A DNA stretch of 64,000 nucleotides from Candidatus Binatia bacterium (lineage in GTDB: Bacteria; Desulfobacterota; Binatia; Bin18): positions 3,488,001 to 3,552,000 of the forward strand of contig OY761159.2 in assembly GCA_963664395.2 (NCBI GenBank), given 5' to 3'. Below the pieces are notes generated by a model that did no database searches, was not told the origin of the DNA, and saw only the letters and a program-made list of their open reading frames with translations. A program made the position numbers and the translations under genes. Below are positions 31,694 through 43,475 of this stretch, in pieces. Each line of letters begins with the position of its first letter. Positions within the stretch are counted from its first letter, which is position 1.

Positions 31694-32050
31694 ATGCCTG
31701 TCCGTCGTCCTGAACGTGTGAGTGGCCTGCTCCTCCACGCTGTTGCCGATATTGTGTTGCGAGAAGTGAGAGACCCCAGAGTAAGCGGGGTGACCGTCAC
31801 TGCCGCGACACTGAGTCCTGATCTCCGCCTGGCGCGTATTTTCGTGCGGACCCTCCAGGGCAACACGGACGAAACACGGGCCGACGCACTGGCCGGTCTC
31901 CAGAGTGCGGCTGGCTATATCCGCCGTCAGGTGGCAGCTCGTTTGCAACTCCGTTATACCCCAACGCTTAAATTTACCTATGACAATACACCGGATGAGG
32001 TAAACCACCTGGAAAATATTTTTCATAAAATAAAACAGGAAGATCACTAG
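31694..32050 (+). CDS. rbfA: Ribosome-binding factor A
   Basis: DPR, SPDLRxA, LRYTPxLxF. Confidence 0.93.
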   Translation: MPVRRPERVSGLLLHAVADIVLREVRDPRVSGVTVTAATLSPDLRLARIFVRTLQGNTDETRADALAGLQSAAGYIRRQVAARLQLRYTPTLKFTYDNTPDEVNHLENIFHKIKQEDH

Positions 32051-32934
32051 TGGCCGGACTTGATGGCATCCTCCTCATTGATAAGCCGGCAGGGCCTGCG
32101 TCTGCGGAGGTTGTCCGTATTCTCAAAAAGGCGTTGCGGGTCAAAAAAATTGGTCATCTCGGGACGCTTGACCCCTTTGCCAGTGGCCTGCTGCCCCTAT
32201 GTCTTGGTGCTGGAACCAAACTCTCGCAGTTTCTCATGGCGGAACGCAAGTCCTATGCAGGGACGTTACAGCTCGGCGTCGAGACCGATACGCTCGACTG
32301 TACTGGGACGGTCACGCGCACAGTCCCTATTCCGGATTATACTCCGGCGCTGTTGAAAAAGCTCGAGCAGCGGTTTGTCGGCGCCTATTGGCAGACCCCG
32401 CCTATGTATTCCGCGCTCAAACGACAAGGTGTCCCTCTGTATAAACTGGCCCGCCAGGGTATTGAAGTGGAGCGAGAGCCGCGGCAGGTGCAGGTGTACC
32501 ACCTCGCGCTGGCACTCGGAGAGCAGCACGCTATTCATTTTTCTGTCTCGTGCTCAAAGGGAACATATATTCGGGTCCTGGCCGCAGATATCGGAGCGGC
32601 TCTGAACAGTGTCGCCCATCTGACGAGTCTCCGTCGGACGACTTTTGGGTCGTTTACCATCGACCAAGCCATCCCGCTCTCTCGGGCCCAGGATCCACAC
32701 CAGGGGCAGGTTCTCCCCCTGCTGTCATTAGTCCAAGCGACCCAGGCCTACCGGACCTTTTTCGTATCGGCCCAGGACGTAGCGCTCCTCCGGCGTGGAC
32801 AGCAGTCCGTTTTACAGACCCTCCCGGCAGCCCAGGCTGCAGGAGAGACTGCCCGGATTCTTAGTTCAGACAGTGAATTGATTGCCATTGTCACATTTGA
32901 GGCGATGGCGTGGAAGCTCGTCCGCGTCTTTTAA
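32050..32934 (+). CDS. truB: tRNA pseudouridine(55) synthase
   Basis: [28 protein letters not shown]. Confidence 0.96.
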   Translation: MAGLDGILLIDKPAGPASAEVVRILKKALRVKKIGHLGTLDPFASGLLPLCLGAGTKLSQFLMAERKSYAGTLQLGVETDTLDCTGTVTRTVPIPDYTPALLKKLEQRFVGAYWQTPPMYSALKRQGVPLYKLARQGIEVEREPRQVQVYHLALALGEQHAIHFSVSCSKGTYIRVLAADIGAALNSVAHLTSLRRTTFGSFTIDQAIPLSRAQDPHQGQVLPLLSLVQATQAYRTFFVSAQDVALLRRGQQSVLQTLPAAQAAGETARILSSDSELIAIVTFEAMAWKLVRVF

Positions 32935-32998
32935 CTTTACACTAGGCAAACAGCGTGTTAAGAGCGGGAAAAGGAATAACCAAGGAGAAGGAAGAGAT

Positions 32999-33265
32999 AT
33001 GCAGGAGGCTGAACAGAAAAGCGAAACCATCAGTCAGTTTCGGGTGCATGACACGGATACGGGATCACCCGAAGTACAGATTGCCATTCTGACCAAACGG
33101 ATCGTACACCTCATCGAGCATTTCAAGATCCACAAAAAAGATCACCTCTCTCGGCGTGGCCTGCTCAAAATGGTTGGTCGTCGTCGTCGTTTGCTCGACT
33201 ACCTACGGCGTGAGGATGTGCAGCGGTATCAAAGTATGCTCCAACGCCTCGGACTGCGACGCTAG
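32999..33265 (+). CDS. rpsO: 30S ribosomal protein S15
   Basis: [10 protein letters not shown], HKKDHxSRRGL, LGLRR. Confidence 0.97.
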   Translation: MQEAEQKSETISQFRVHDTDTGSPEVQIAILTKRIVHLIEHFKIHKKDHLSRRGLLKMVGRRRRLLDYLRREDVQRYQSMLQRLGLRR

Positions 33266-33355
33266 GTCAACTCTCGCGTCCCTTTTGTCCAGCGTTGTGG
33301 AGAGAGCTGCCGCTGTGTCGTAAGGACCGCGGCGCGGAAAAAATTGAAGGAAGAT

Positions 33356-35449
33356 ATGTATAAAAAGATCGAAATGGAATATTACGGACGCCCGCTGTCC
33401 ATTGAAACCGGTCGTCTTGCCAAACAGACGAGTGGCGCGGCCCTCGTGCAATACGGGGAAACCGTTGTCCTTGTGACTGCGGTTGCATCACATTCGCCAC
33501 GTGAGGGGATCGACTTTTTCCCTCTGACTGTTGACTACCAGGAACGCACCTATGCGGCAGGAAAAATTCCTGGGGGATTTTTTAAGCGGGAAGGGCGTCC
33601 GGCAGAGCGCGAGGTTCTCACCTCGCGGGTTGTAGACCGAGCGATTCGGCCGCTCTTCCCAAAGGGCTTCGCCTGTGAGACCCAAATTGTCGCGTCTGTC
33701 TTATCGGTTGATCGAGAGAACGATGCCGATACGTTGGCCTTAATCGGTGCCTCTGCAGCCCTGCAAGTCTCCGATATCCCTTTCGGGGGGCCAATTGCCG
33801 GAATACGGGTTGGACGCTTGCAGGGGAAACTGGTGGTCAATCCGTTGCAGAGCCAATTCCAGGACAGCGATATTAACCTGTTTGTTGCCGCTGGCCGGGA
33901 TGCCATTGTCATGGTTGAGGGCGGCGCGCGCATGGTATCTGAAGAAGACATGCTTGAGGCACTGTTCCTTGCTCAGGAAGCCGCGGCTCCGGTTCTCGAC
34001 GTGCAGGACGAACTTGTCCGGGTCGCCGGAAAGCCAAAACGACAGTTCGCGGAGCCCGCGATTGATACCGAGCTGGCTGATCGTGTTCGGGCCGCAGCGA
34101 CCCAAAAGCTCAGTGCGGCTCTGACGATTGCGGCTAAACTGGAGCGCGGGGATGCCATCAAGTCCGCCAAGAAAGAAGCGACTGCGGCGCTCGGGGAAGA
34201 GTTCGCCGACCGAGGCGGGGAGGTTGCAGAAGCCCTGGAAAAGCTGACCGGCGAAATCATGCGCACGGCGATTGTTGACCAGAGCCAGCGCGTAGATGGG
34301 CGCGGATTGACTGATATTCGTCCCATCTCGTGTGAAGTCGGCATGCTGCCCCGAACGCATGGCTCGGCCCTTTTCACCCGAGGCGAAACGCAAGCCCTGG
34401 CGGTTGCGACGCTGGGTACATCCGCAGACGAGCAACGGGTGGATGCCTTGATCGGTGAGCAGTACAGGAAATTCATGCTGCATTACAACTTCCCTCCTTT
34501 TAGTGTGGGGGAAGCACGTCCGATGCGGAATCCCGGACGGCGAGAGATTGGGCACGGCGCACTTGCCGAACGGGCCCTGCTGGCCGTTCTCCCGGCGGGA
34601 AATGAATTCCCCTATACTATCCGGGTAGTGTCGGAAATCCTGGAATCAAACGGCTCTTCCTCCATGGCCACCGTGTGTAGCGGCGCGCTTTCACTGATGG
34701 ACGCTGGCGTCCCGATCGTGGCACCGGTCGCTGGCATTGCGATGGGACTGATCAAAGAAGGGGAAGAAGTCCGGATTCTCAGTGACATCCTGGGTGATGA
34801 GGATCATCTCGGCGATATGGACTTCAAGGTTGCGGGAACGGCTGACGGCATTACCGCGCTCCAAATGGATATCAAAATTGCCGGTGTAACGCGTGAGATT
34901 ATGCGCCAGGCCTTGTATCAGGCCCGTGACGGGCGTTTACACATTCTTGGGAAGATGGCCGAGTCGCTCGAAACTCCCCGTGAACATATCGCAGAACATG
35001 CCCCGAGGATTCTGACCCTTAAAATCAAGTCGGATAAAATTCGTGATCTCATTGGCCCGGGCGGGAAAATGATTCGCTCCATTGTCGAAGAGACTGGGGT
35101 GAAGATTGATGTCGAAGACGACGGGACGGTGTCTGTTGCCTCCTCCGACGGAGACTCAATGGATCGGGCGATCAGTAGAATCTATGCCGTCACGGCTGAT
35201 GCCGAGATAGGCAAGCTCTACACCGGAACGGTCAAGAAAGTGGTCGATTTCGGGGCTTTTGTCGAGATCCTACCCGGTAAAGAAGGGCTTGTGCACATCT
35301 CCCAACTTGCACCTGAACGCGTACGGCAGGTGACCGATATTGTTGATGAGGGGGATGAGATTATAGTCAAAGTCCTTGAGATCGATCGGCAGGGAAAAAT
35401 TCGTCTCAGTCGGCGTGAAGCATTGGCCGACCAGGATGCTGCACGCTAG
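33356..35449 (+). CDS. pnp: Polyribonucleotide nucleotidyltransferase
   Basis: [24 protein letters not shown]; KH and S1 domains. Confidence 0.98.
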   Translation: MYKKIEMEYYGRPLSIETGRLAKQTSGAALVQYGETVVLVTAVASHSPREGIDFFPLTVDYQERTYAAGKIPGGFFKREGRPAEREVLTSRVVDRAIRPLFPKGFACETQIVASVLSVDRENDADTLALIGASAALQVSDIPFGGPIAGIRVGRLQGKLVVNPLQSQFQDSDINLFVAAGRDAIVMVEGGARMVSEEDMLEALFLAQEAAAPVLDVQDELVRVAGKPKRQFAEPAIDTELADRVRAAATQKLSAALTIAAKLERGDAIKSAKKEATAALGEEFADRGGEVAEALEKLTGEIMRTAIVDQSQRVDGRGLTDIRPISCEVGMLPRTHGSALFTRGETQALAVATLGTSADEQRVDALIGEQYRKFMLHYNFPPFSVGEARPMRNPGRREIGHGALAERALLAVLPAGNEFPYTIRVVSEILESNGSSSMATVCSGALSLMDAGVPIVAPVAGIAMGLIKEGEEVRILSDILGDEDHLGDMDFKVAGTADGITALQMDIKIAGVTREIMRQALYQARDGRLHILGKMAESLETPREHIAEHAPRILTLKIKSDKIRDLIGPGGKMIRSIVEETGVKIDVEDDGTVSVASSDGDSMDRAISRIYAVTADAEIGKLYTGTVKKVVDFGAFVEILPGKEGLVHISQLAPERVRQVTDIVDEGDEIIVKVLEIDRQGKIRLSRREALADQDAAR

Positions 35450-35482
35450 CAGTACAGAGCACCACTGAAGGAGCACTATCGG

Positions 35483-35995
35483 GTGAGCGCACAGATCGTC
35501 GTTCCCATTACGCGCGTGCGCCAGGCTGAACCGGGCGCGCCGTCGATCCCGCTTCCCCGCTATATGACTCCCGGCTCTGCCGGGATGGATATTGCCGCCG
35601 CTCTTACGGAAAGCGTCGTCCTTGCGCCGCTCCAACGGTGTGTGATTCCGACCGGATTCGCCTTGGCCCTGCCGCAGGATTACGAAGCCCAGATTCGCCC
35701 GCGCAGCGGACTCGCGCTGCGCCACGGGCTTACCATCCTGAATGCTCCGGGAACGATAGACGCCGACTATCGGGAAGAGGTGAAGGTCTTACTCATTAAT
35801 CTTGGCGACAAACCGGTTGAGGTCAAACGGGGCGACCGCGTCGCCCAGCTCATCGTCGCTCCAGTGGCACGTGTCTGTTGGGCTGAAGTCGATACGCTCG
35901 GTTCCACGCGACGGCAGGGAGGGTTTGGTCATACGGGGACGGCAGCCTGCGCAGACCAGGACCCGACCGAAAAGAGTAAACGTGTCCTCCAATAG
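35483..35995 (+). CDS. dut: dUTP diphosphatase
   Basis: [19 protein letters not shown], RxxGGFGHTG. Confidence 0.95.
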   Translation: MSAQIVVPITRVRQAEPGAPSIPLPRYMTPGSAGMDIAAALTESVVLAPLQRCVIPTGFALALPQDYEAQIRPRSGLALRHGLTILNAPGTIDADYREEVKVLLINLGDKPVEVKRGDRVAQLIVAPVARVCWAEVDTLGSTRRQGGFGHTGTAACADQDPTEKSKRVLQ

Positions 35996-36025
35996 ACATC
36001 AGATGCTGGACACGTTTACTCTTTT
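35970..36025. repeat. Long palindrome of the AAACGTGTC family; probably also acts as a terminator
   Basis: AAAAGAGTAAACGTGTCC...GGACACGTTTACTCTTTT. Confidence 0.8.
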
Positions 36026-36083
36026 TTGCAGTTGACTCTCGGCTGAAGTGTGGTAAATTCAGCATCTAATTATTGCACTCAAC

Positions 36084-36157
36084 GCGGGTGTAGCTCAGCT
36101 GGCTAGAGCGTGTGCTTGCCAAGCACAAGGTCGCCGGTTCGACCCCGGTCACCCGCT
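36084..36157 (+). tRNA. tRNA-Gly(GCC)
   Basis: Full cloverleaf; anticodon loop TTGCCAA; GGTTCGA T-loop; CCA not encoded. Confidence 0.95.
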
Positions 36158-36183
36158 TTCTTCTCTCCTGCCCCAGTTGCGTT

Positions 36184-38880
36184 GTGACACCATTACCTAC
36201 ACCCGTTTTTCTCGTTGATGGGCAGTCGTATATCTATCGTGCCTTTTATGCGGTCCGGGATCTGACCAACTCCCAGGGGTTTCCAACCAACGCCATCTTT
36301 GGCTTTGTGAACATGCTCCAGCGTATTCATGACGAGCATGCGCCAAGTCATCTCGGGATGGTTCTTGACTCACCGGGAAAGAATTTTCGCCATGATATCT
36401 ATCCGGAGTATAAGGCCAACCGGACCACAATGCCGGATGAGTTGCGGGTCCAGATCCCCCGCATAAAAGAGATTATCCAAGCCTATAATATTCCCATTCT
36501 TGAACTGGCAGGCTACGAGGCGGATGACATTATCGCCACGCTGGCTACGCGTTGGGAGCAGGCCGGGGTAGAGGTGGTCATTGTTTCCGGGGATAAAGAC
36601 TTTATGCAGGTTGTCTCGGAGCGAGTGAGCATGCTCGACACCATGTGGGACAGGCGCATCGGCCCTGCCGAAGTGCACGCGAAATTCGGCGTCGAGCCGG
36701 GGCGCGTTGTCGAAGTGCAAGCGTTGATGGGCGACTCCACCGACAATATCCCCGGCATCCCCGGTATTGGTGAGAAGACCGCTATCAAGCTGATTACGCA
36801 GTGGCAGAACTTGGACGGCGTCCTGAATAATGCGGCCGCTATCAAAGGCAAGCTTGGCGAGCGTATCCGGGAGAACGCCGGGTTGGCTCGCCTTTCGAAA
36901 ACGCTGGCGACCCTGAAACAGGATGTGCCGTTGACTCCGGCTCTTGAAGAACTTGCGCTGACAGCGCCAGACCAAGACCGTTTACGTGAGCTTTTTACCG
37001 AGTTTGAATTCCGTCGCTTCCTGGCTGATTTGGACACGACCTGGGAGTTTTCCTTGGATGATGAGCGCACTGCACCCGCGGAACCACCCGGTGAATACGA
37101 ACCCGTGCGCAGCGTGCGGCAGCTCGACTCTCTCATCACAAACATTCAGGCAGCCAAAACCTACTGTCTCGATACGGAAACGACGGCGCTTAACCCGCTT
37201 GATGCCCAACTGGTCGGCGTTGCGCTGGCTATTGAAGAGCGGAAGGCGTGGTATATTCCGGTTGCGCACCGCTCAGACGATGCCGCCCCTCAAGTGCCAC
37301 CAGAAAAGACGCTTCACGCGCTCCGCACTCTTTTTGCTGATACCTCGCTGACACTCATTGGCCAGAATCTTAAATATGATCTCATGGTCCTAGCCAACTA
37401 TGGGCTGCAATCGCACAATCGTCTGGCTGACACCATGCTGGCCTCTTATCTATTAAACCCAGCCCACCGCCATAACCTGAACGCCCTCGCTCAAGAACAT
37501 CTTCATTACACCATGCTCACATATGAGGCGGTGACCGATGGCGCAAAAAAGAACTTTGCTGAAGTGCCGGTCGAGGACGCCACTCGCTATGCCGGGGAAG
37601 ACGCAGATATTACCCTGCGTCTTGCGCACCGGTTGTTCCCCCGTGTCGGAGAAGAAGGCATGGACAGCCTGTTCGCCGATATTGAAGCACCGCTCGTTCA
37701 GGTGCTGGCACAAATGGAACGGACCGGGATGCGGGTTGACCCCCAAGTGCTCGCAGGACTCTCTGACGAATTCGGGCAGCGGCGAGACCAGCTCGAAGCG
37801 GAAATCCACGCCCTGGCCGGGGAGCCGTTTAATATCGCCTCCCCGAAGCAGCTCCAGGCCATCCTGTTCGATAAGCTCGGACTGCCGCATGGTAAAAAGA
37901 CCAAGACGGGATTGTCGACCGATTCATCCGTACTTGAGCGTCTGGCTGAAGAATATCCTCTGCCGGAGAGGATATTAGTCTATCGGAGTTTTGCCAAACT
38001 CCAGAATACGTATGTTGACTCTTTGCCCAAGCTTATCCGTGCAGATACAGGCCGAGTGCATACGTCGTTCAATCAGGCAGTGACGGCTACGGGTCGGCTG
38101 TCTTCCAGCAATCCGAATTTACAGAATATTCCCATCCGGACTGAAGAGGGGCGTCGCATCCGAACGGCCTTTGTGCCGGAACCGGGCTGGCGCCTCCTCT
38201 CGGCAGACTACTCTCAGATTGAGTTGCGCCTCTTGGCCCATCTGAGTCAGGACCCCGTCCTGGTCGAATCCTTTCAAAAAGGTCAGGATGTCCATGCCCG
38301 AACCGCGGCAGAAATCTTTGCGACGTCCATACAGGATATTTCGAGTGACCAACGGCGTGAGGCCAAAACGATTAATTTCGGTCTGATCTACGGCATGGGA
38401 GCGAGGCGACTGGCTCGCACTTTACGCATTCCATTCAAGACCGCCCAAGCGTATATTGACCAGTATTTCAGTCGCTACGCTGGGATCAGGACCTATATGG
38501 AAGGAACGCTGGTCAGCGCCAAAGAATGCGGCTATGTCACGACGCTCTTTGGCCGCCGTCGCTATGTGCCGGACCTTGGGAGTAAAAGCCCACAACTGGC
38601 CAGTGCTGCGGAGCGGATCGCGATCAACACCCCCATCCAGGGAACGGCGGCTGATCTGATTAAAGGCGCAATGGTCACCATTGCGCGACAGCTCAGCCAG
38701 GAGCGGTTGCAGACGCGCATGCTCCTCCAAGTCCACGACGAGTTATTATTTGAAGTGCCGGACACAGAGCTTGCGCGCATACAAGCCCTCGTCCGTGAGC
38801 GCATGGAAGGGGTGATGGCACTCACCGTTCCACTCTGCGTTGATATCGGAGTTGGCGGCAATTGGGCCGAAGCACACTGA
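36184..38880 (+). CDS. polA: DNA polymerase I
   Basis: 5'-3' exonuclease (YKANR, GDSTDNIPG), 3'-5' exonuclease DTET, polymerase DYSQIELR and QVHDEL; start inferred after the tRNA. Confidence 0.98.
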   Translation: MTPLPTPVFLVDGQSYIYRAFYAVRDLTNSQGFPTNAIFGFVNMLQRIHDEHAPSHLGMVLDSPGKNFRHDIYPEYKANRTTMPDELRVQIPRIKEIIQAYNIPILELAGYEADDIIATLATRWEQAGVEVVIVSGDKDFMQVVSERVSMLDTMWDRRIGPAEVHAKFGVEPGRVVEVQALMGDSTDNIPGIPGIGEKTAIKLITQWQNLDGVLNNAAAIKGKLGERIRENAGLARLSKTLATLKQDVPLTPALEELALTAPDQDRLRELFTEFEFRRFLADLDTTWEFSLDDERTAPAEPPGEYEPVRSVRQLDSLITNIQAAKTYCLDTETTALNPLDAQLVGVALAIEERKAWYIPVAHRSDDAAPQVPPEKTLHALRTLFADTSLTLIGQNLKYDLMVLANYGLQSHNRLADTMLASYLLNPAHRHNLNALAQEHLHYTMLTYEAVTDGAKKNFAEVPVEDATRYAGEDADITLRLAHRLFPRVGEEGMDSLFADIEAPLVQVLAQMERTGMRVDPQVLAGLSDEFGQRRDQLEAEIHALAGEPFNIASPKQLQAILFDKLGLPHGKKTKTGLSTDSSVLERLAEEYPLPERILVYRSFAKLQNTYVDSLPKLIRADTGRVHTSFNQAVTATGRLSSSNPNLQNIPIRTEEGRRIRTAFVPEPGWRLLSADYSQIELRLLAHLSQDPVLVESFQKGQDVHARTAAEIFATSIQDISSDQRREAKTINFGLIYGMGARRLARTLRIPFKTAQAYIDQYFSRYAGIRTYMEGTLVSAKECGYVTTLFGRRRYVPDLGSKSPQLASAAERIAINTPIQGTAADLIKGAMVTIARQLSQERLQTRMLLQVHDELLFEVPDTELARIQALVRERMEGVMALTVPLCVDIGVGGNWAEAH

Positions 38881-38899
38881 CACACAAGGAGGAAGCAGA

Positions 38900-39709
38900 A
38901 TGGCATACCGAGAAAACTACGAACATCTTATCATCGAGAAGAACGACGGGATTGCGCTCTTGACGATTAACCGGCCTGAGTCCCTCAACTCGACGAATTT
39001 CCGCCTGCACTATGAACTGAGCAAGGTCTGGCTCGATATTGCAGACGACCCGGCAGTGCGGGTGGCGGTGATTACGGGCGCCGGGCGGGCGTTTTCGGCT
39101 GGCGGAGACTTTGACGTTGTTGAGAGATCAATAGATAACCTCGACGTGGTAGCCCAGACTATGAAAGAAGCCCGGGACATCGTCCACAATATGATCAACT
39201 GCGATAAACCTATTATCTCGGCGATTAACGGCGTTGCGGTCGGGGCAGGGCTGGCGGTCGCCCTGCTGGCCGATATCAGCATTGCCTCGGAGAAGGCGCG
39301 TTTCACTGACGGGCATACCCGGCTCGGGGTTGCCGCCGGAGACCACGCCGCGATTATCTGGCCCCTCCTGGTCGGCATGGCCAAGGCCAAATACTACCTG
39401 CTGACGTGTGACATGCTGGACGCCAAAGAAGCTGAGCGGATTGGTTTAGTCAGCATGGTTGTTCCACCGGACGAACTCATGCCTAAAGCGATGGAAGTGG
39501 CGAACAAATTGGCGACGGGCGCACAGCAAGCTATTCGTTGGACCAAGCAGTCGCTCAACCAGTGGCTTCGTGCGGCAGCGCATACGTCGTTCGATTACTC
39601 GCTCGCCCTGGAGATGTTGGGCTTCTTTGGCAAAGACGTGGGCGAGGGGCTGAGTGCGGTGAAAGAACGTCGCCCCCCGGTTTTTCCATCCGCGCAAGAT
39701 AACACATGA
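38900..39709 (+). CDS. Enoyl-CoA hydratase/isomerase family protein
   Basis: AFSAGGD, [15 protein letters not shown]. Confidence 0.92.
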   Translation: MAYRENYEHLIIEKNDGIALLTINRPESLNSTNFRLHYELSKVWLDIADDPAVRVAVITGAGRAFSAGGDFDVVERSIDNLDVVAQTMKEARDIVHNMINCDKPIISAINGVAVGAGLAVALLADISIASEKARFTDGHTRLGVAAGDHAAIIWPLLVGMAKAKYYLLTCDMLDAKEAERIGLVSMVVPPDELMPKAMEVANKLATGAQQAIRWTKQSLNQWLRAAAHTSFDYSLALEMLGFFGKDVGEGLSAVKERRPPVFPSAQDNT

Positions 39710-39975
39710 CAACTCCGGAACGCATCGAGCACACGCTCCGACACGCGCTGTCCGCAACCGAGGTGCAGGTCGAAGACGAGAGTGCCCTGCACGCGGGTCA
39801 TGCCGGAGCTGCGTCCGGCGGCGGGCACTACCGGGTCACCGTGGTGTCTCCACTGTTTGCCGGCAAGAACCCCGTCCAGCGCCACCGTTTAGTCTACGCT
39901 GCGTTGGCGGAAGAAATGCAGCAGGCGATCCACGCCCTGGCGCTGACAACCCTCACGCCCTCCGAACGCACATAG
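39706..39975 (+). CDS. bolA: BolA family protein
   Basis: DESxxHAGH, F.GK..V.RHRLVY, IHALAL. Confidence 0.93.
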   Translation: MTTPERIEHTLRHALSATEVQVEDESALHAGHAGAASGGGHYRVTVVSPLFAGKNPVQRHRLVYAALAEEMQQAIHALALTTLTPSERT

Positions 39976-40014
39976 ACGCAGAGCCACCCCGTCCGGGTGG
40001 CTCTGCGTCTGTCC

Positions 40015-41022
40015 TTAGACTTTGTAATACGTCCGGTACCATTCCACAAAGCGGGGAATGCCTTCCTCAATCGGCGTGGCCGGGCGAAAGCCCACGGCCT
40101 GCATGAGGTCCTCAACATCGGCGCACGTTGCCGGGACATCTCCAGCCTGCATGGGGAGGAGCCGTTTTTCGGCTTTCCGCCCGAGGGTTTTTTCCAGCAC
40201 CTCAATAAAATACAGCAGCTCAACCGGACTATGATTGCCGATATTATAGACGCGGTAGGGAGCCGTACTCGTTCCGGGGTCCGGTTTCATGCCTGACCAC
40301 TGTGGATTGGGTTGCGCGATACGGTCATGAACGCGCACGACCCCCTCAACAATATCGTCAATATAGGTAAAGGCACGCCGCATCCTGCCATGATTAAACA
40401 CCTCAATCGGTTCACCGGACAGAATAGCTTTGGTGAAGAGAAACAAGGCCATATCCGGCCTGCCCCAAGGGCCATAGACGGTGAAAAATCGCAGCCCCGT
40501 CGTCGGGAGAGCATGGACATGGCTATACGTATGGGCCATAAGCTCATTTGCCTTTTTTGAGGCCGCATATAAAGAAATCGGATGATCAACATTGTCATGG
40601 ACAGAGAAGGGCATATGCGTATTCGCGCCATACACCGAGCTGCTCGACGCATACGTCAGATGCTGCACGTTGGTATGCCGACAGCCCTCAAGAATGTTCA
40701 TGAACCCGATGAGATTGCTATCGATGTAGGCATGCGGGTTGGTGAGTGGGTAGCGTACCCCGGCCTGGGCCGCCAGATGGATAACCCGCTCGGGCGTATG
40801 CCGGACGAATAGGTCTTCCATGCCTGGTCGGTTAGCCAGGTCGAGACGCACAAATGCAAACTGTTCGGAATCGTTGAGCTGGGCTAAGCGGGCTTCTTTC
40901 AGACGCACATCATAATAGGTATTCAGGTTGTCGAGTCCGACGACGGTATCGCCTCGTTTGAGTAGATACCTGCTGACATGAAAGCCAATAAACCCGCCCA
41001 CGCCGGTCACGAGTACCTTCAT
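40015..41022 (-). CDS. NAD-dependent epimerase (UDP-glucuronate 4-epimerase-like)
   Basis: TGxx[35 protein letters not shown]. Confidence 0.92.
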   Translation of the reverse strand: MKVLVTGVGGFIGFHVSRYLLKRGDTVVGLDNLNTYYDVRLKEARLAQLNDSEQFAFVRLDLANRPGMEDLFVRHTPERVIHLAAQAGVRYPLTNPHAYIDSNLIGFMNILEGCRHTNVQHLTYASSSSVYGANTHMPFSVHDNVDHPISLYAASKKANELMAHTYSHVHALPTTGLRFFTVYGPWGRPDMALFLFTKAILSGEPIEVFNHGRMRRAFTYIDDIVEGVVRVHDRIAQPNPQWSGMKPDPGTSTAPYRVYNIGNHSPVELLYFIEVLEKTLGRKAEKRLLPMQAGDVPATCADVEDLMQAVGFRPATPIEEGIPRFVEWYRTYYKV

Positions 41023-41678
41023 GCTGAATTTCCTTGGCGCCGTATAGGGCTATCCTTTTGCGGCAGGGTCGAAGGCTGCGTGGCGGCGTGCTGCGCAGGG
41101 TCCGCAGACGTGCCGGGTACGGTCCGGTATTTGCCCAGGATATGGCGCGCCACTGTGACATGATAGGCAAGGCCCGACCACACGCCGACGACAAGGGCAA
41201 TCCACAAAAAATACATACCCACCAGATGAAAATCGATGAAGCCGTACTGATAGTGAATAATCAATCCGTGCAGGGCACACATTTGGAAGAGGGTCTTATA
41301 TTTGCCAAGTTGGTCAGCGGGTACTAGCAGGCCCTCTCCGGCGGCGATACTCCGCAACCCCGTCACCGCCATTTCCCGCCCGAGTATGACAACGACCATC
41401 CAGACCGGCAGGCGGGGAAAACGGTCGCTTGCCGCCAGCATAATCAGGGCTGCCATAACAAGCAGCTTATCGGCCAGAGGGTCGAGAAACGTGCCGAGGA
41501 GCGTCGTGTAGCCGTGCTTGCGGGCGAGATAGCCATCGAAATAATCAGTCAGACAGGCAATGAAAAAAATACCGGCCGCCATCAGGCTCGATACCGGGTC
41601 CGTATCAGCCAGGCAATAGACAAGAAAAGGAATGAGCGCAATGCGTAAGAGGCTCAAAAGATTTGGGAGAGCTGACAT
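41019..41678 (-). CDS. pgsA: CDP-diacylglycerol--glycerol-3-phosphate 3-phosphatidyltransferase
   Basis: LPNxLS and the CDP-alcohol motif DxxDGxxARxxxxxTxLGxxLDPLADK. Confidence 0.93.
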   Translation of the reverse strand: MSALPNLLSLLRIALIPFLVYCLADTDPVSSLMAAGIFFIACLTDYFDGYLARKHGYTTLLGTFLDPLADKLLVMAALIMLAASDRFPRLPVWMVVVILGREMAVTGLRSIAAGEGLLVPADQLGKYKTLFQMCALHGLIIHYQYGFIDFHLVGMYFLWIALVVGVWSGLAYHVTVARHILGKYRTVPGTSADPAQHAATQPSTLPQKDSPIRRQGNSA

Positions 41679-41898
41679 GCTGAGTTCCGGTCGTTCATAG
41701 CCCAGGTGTTAGCGAGATGATAGCCTACGATAAAAGATTTCTTGGGGAAGGGTCAAACGCCGGTCCCCTTGCCAGTCCAAATCATGCCGGCCCAGCTTGA
41801 CGTGGATACGCGGGCGTGCCAGCCGGCGCAAAGAGGGCCCCTGCCTGCCACGGTTGACTATCCTGACACGGATGAGGCCCACTGGCAGCGAGATACGG

Positions 41899-43407
41899 TC
41901 ATTGCCGCTCTCCAAACAGCTCTCCAAACAGCGACAGCTGACTCCCCTTCGGACGGCTGCCTAAAGCCAGAGGATAGCGGCCGGTAAAGCAGGCGGCGCA
42001 GAAATCGCTGCCGGGTGCTTGGAGTCCGGCGTACATGCCGGCTTCACTCAGATAGGCGAGACTATCGGCCGTGACGTAGCGTCTGATTTCTTCGACTGAA
42101 TGGGATGCCGCGATCAGCTCACTCCGGGTTGGCGTATCCACCCCGTAAAAGCATGGAGAAATAGTCGGCGGCGCACTGATGCGGACATGGATTTCGCGGG
42201 CGCCGGCCGCACGAATCATTTTAACAATTTTCCGGCTCGTCGTCCCGCGGACAAGGGAATCGTCTACCACGATGACCCGTTTGCCACGCAGAATCTCGGC
42301 CTGGGCATTGAGCTTGACCTTCACCCCAAAATGGCGGATGGACGATTGGGGTTCAATGAAAGTCCGACCCACATAGTGATTGCGGATCAGGCCCATTTCA
42401 AACGGCAGCCGGGCTTCTTTTGCATAGCCCAAGGCGGCCGGCACCCCGGAGTCCGGAACGGGAATGACGACATCCGCCTCGACCGGAGCCTCTTGCGCCA
42501 ATTGACGCCCAAACGCTTTCCGTGCGAGGTAGACATTCTGCCCGAACATGGTGCTGTCCGGTCGCGCAAAATACACATGCTCGAAAATACACTGGGCGGA
42601 CGGCGCCTGCGGGAACGGAGTGTAGGATGTCATGCCCTGGGCATTAAAGAGGAGGACTTCTCCGGCCCGGACTTCCCGCTCATATGTCGCCCCAATGAGG
42701 TCCAGGGCACAGGTTTCGGATGTGACCACATAGCCCAGATGGCCCGCGTGTTTGACGCGACCCAGCACCAGCGGACGAAAGCCGTAGGGGTCACGCGCCG
42801 CCACCATATGATCTTCGCTCAAGAAGACCAGCGAGTACGCCCCCCGCACTTGGGATAAGGCATCGATAATCCGGTCAATCGGGGGGGTGGCTTGTGAGGC
42901 GGCAATGAGATGCAGGATGACTTCGGTATCGACCGTAGACTGGAAAATCGAGCCGCCCGCTTCAAGCTGGGCGCGCAGTTCTTCGGCGTTGACCAGGTTG
43001 CCGTTATGCGCAATCGCCACCGAGCCATGCGTATACTTGGCCAGCAGGGGCTGCGTGTTTTTGAGCATCGTCGAGCCGGTGGTGGAATAGCGATTATGGC
43101 CAATGGCGCTTGCCCCTTCCAGGCGACGAATCAACTTTTCGTCAAAAATATCGGCCACCAGGCCCATGCCTTTATGCGTCAGCAGGGCCTGGCCGTTTGA
43201 AGAGGTAATGCCGGCAGACTCCTGGCCCCGATGTTGCAAAGCATACAAGGCCAGATAGGCCAGATTGGCCGCTTCCGGATGGCCATAGACGCCCACGACT
43301 CCGCACTCTTCATGGAAACCATCGAACTGAGTGAACGTGCCCTCAACAGACGTACGGCTGTCGGCGCGTTTATTCATTTTCACCACCTCGGCTGTGTCGT
43401 GCGCCAC
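41899..43407 (-). CDS. purF: Amidophosphoribosyltransferase
   Basis: [33 protein letters not shown]; start uncertain. Confidence 0.97.
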   Translation of the reverse strand: MAHDTAEVVKMNKRADSRTSVEGTFTQFDGFHEECGVVGVYGHPEAANLAYLALYALQHRGQESAGITSSNGQALLTHKGMGLVADIFDEKLIRRLEGASAIGHNRYSTTGSTMLKNTQPLLAKYTHGSVAIAHNGNLVNAEELRAQLEAGGSIFQSTVDTEVILHLIAASQATPPIDRIIDALSQVRGAYSLVFLSEDHMVAARDPYGFRPLVLGRVKHAGHLGYVVTSETCALDLIGATYEREVRAGEVLLFNAQGMTSYTPFPQAPSAQCIFEHVYFARPDSTMFGQNVYLARKAFGRQLAQEAPVEADVVIPVPDSGVPAALGYAKEARLPFEMGLIRNHYVGRTFIEPQSSIRHFGVKVKLNAQAEILRGKRVIVVDDSLVRGTTSRKIVKMIRAAGAREIHVRISAPPTISPCFYGVDTPTRSELIAASHSVEEIRRYVTADSLAYLSEAGMYAGLQAPGSDFCAACFTGRYPLALGSRPKGSQLSLFGELFGERQ

Positions 43408-43475
43408 GCTGTCCCTCCCCGCTTATGCATGAGTAAACGTGCCATCAACCATACGGCTGTCGGCGCGTTTATTCA
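43328..43475. repeat. Two ~47-bp palindromic repeats (43328-43376, 43430-43475)
   Basis: TGAGT(G/A)AACGTGCC.TCAAC...TACGGCTGTCGGCGCGTTTATTCA occurs twice. Confidence 0.75.

Noticed and set aside
36112-36183. N-terminal extension of polA in the ORF track
   Set aside because: It overlaps tRNA-Gly; PolA homology starts near 36184
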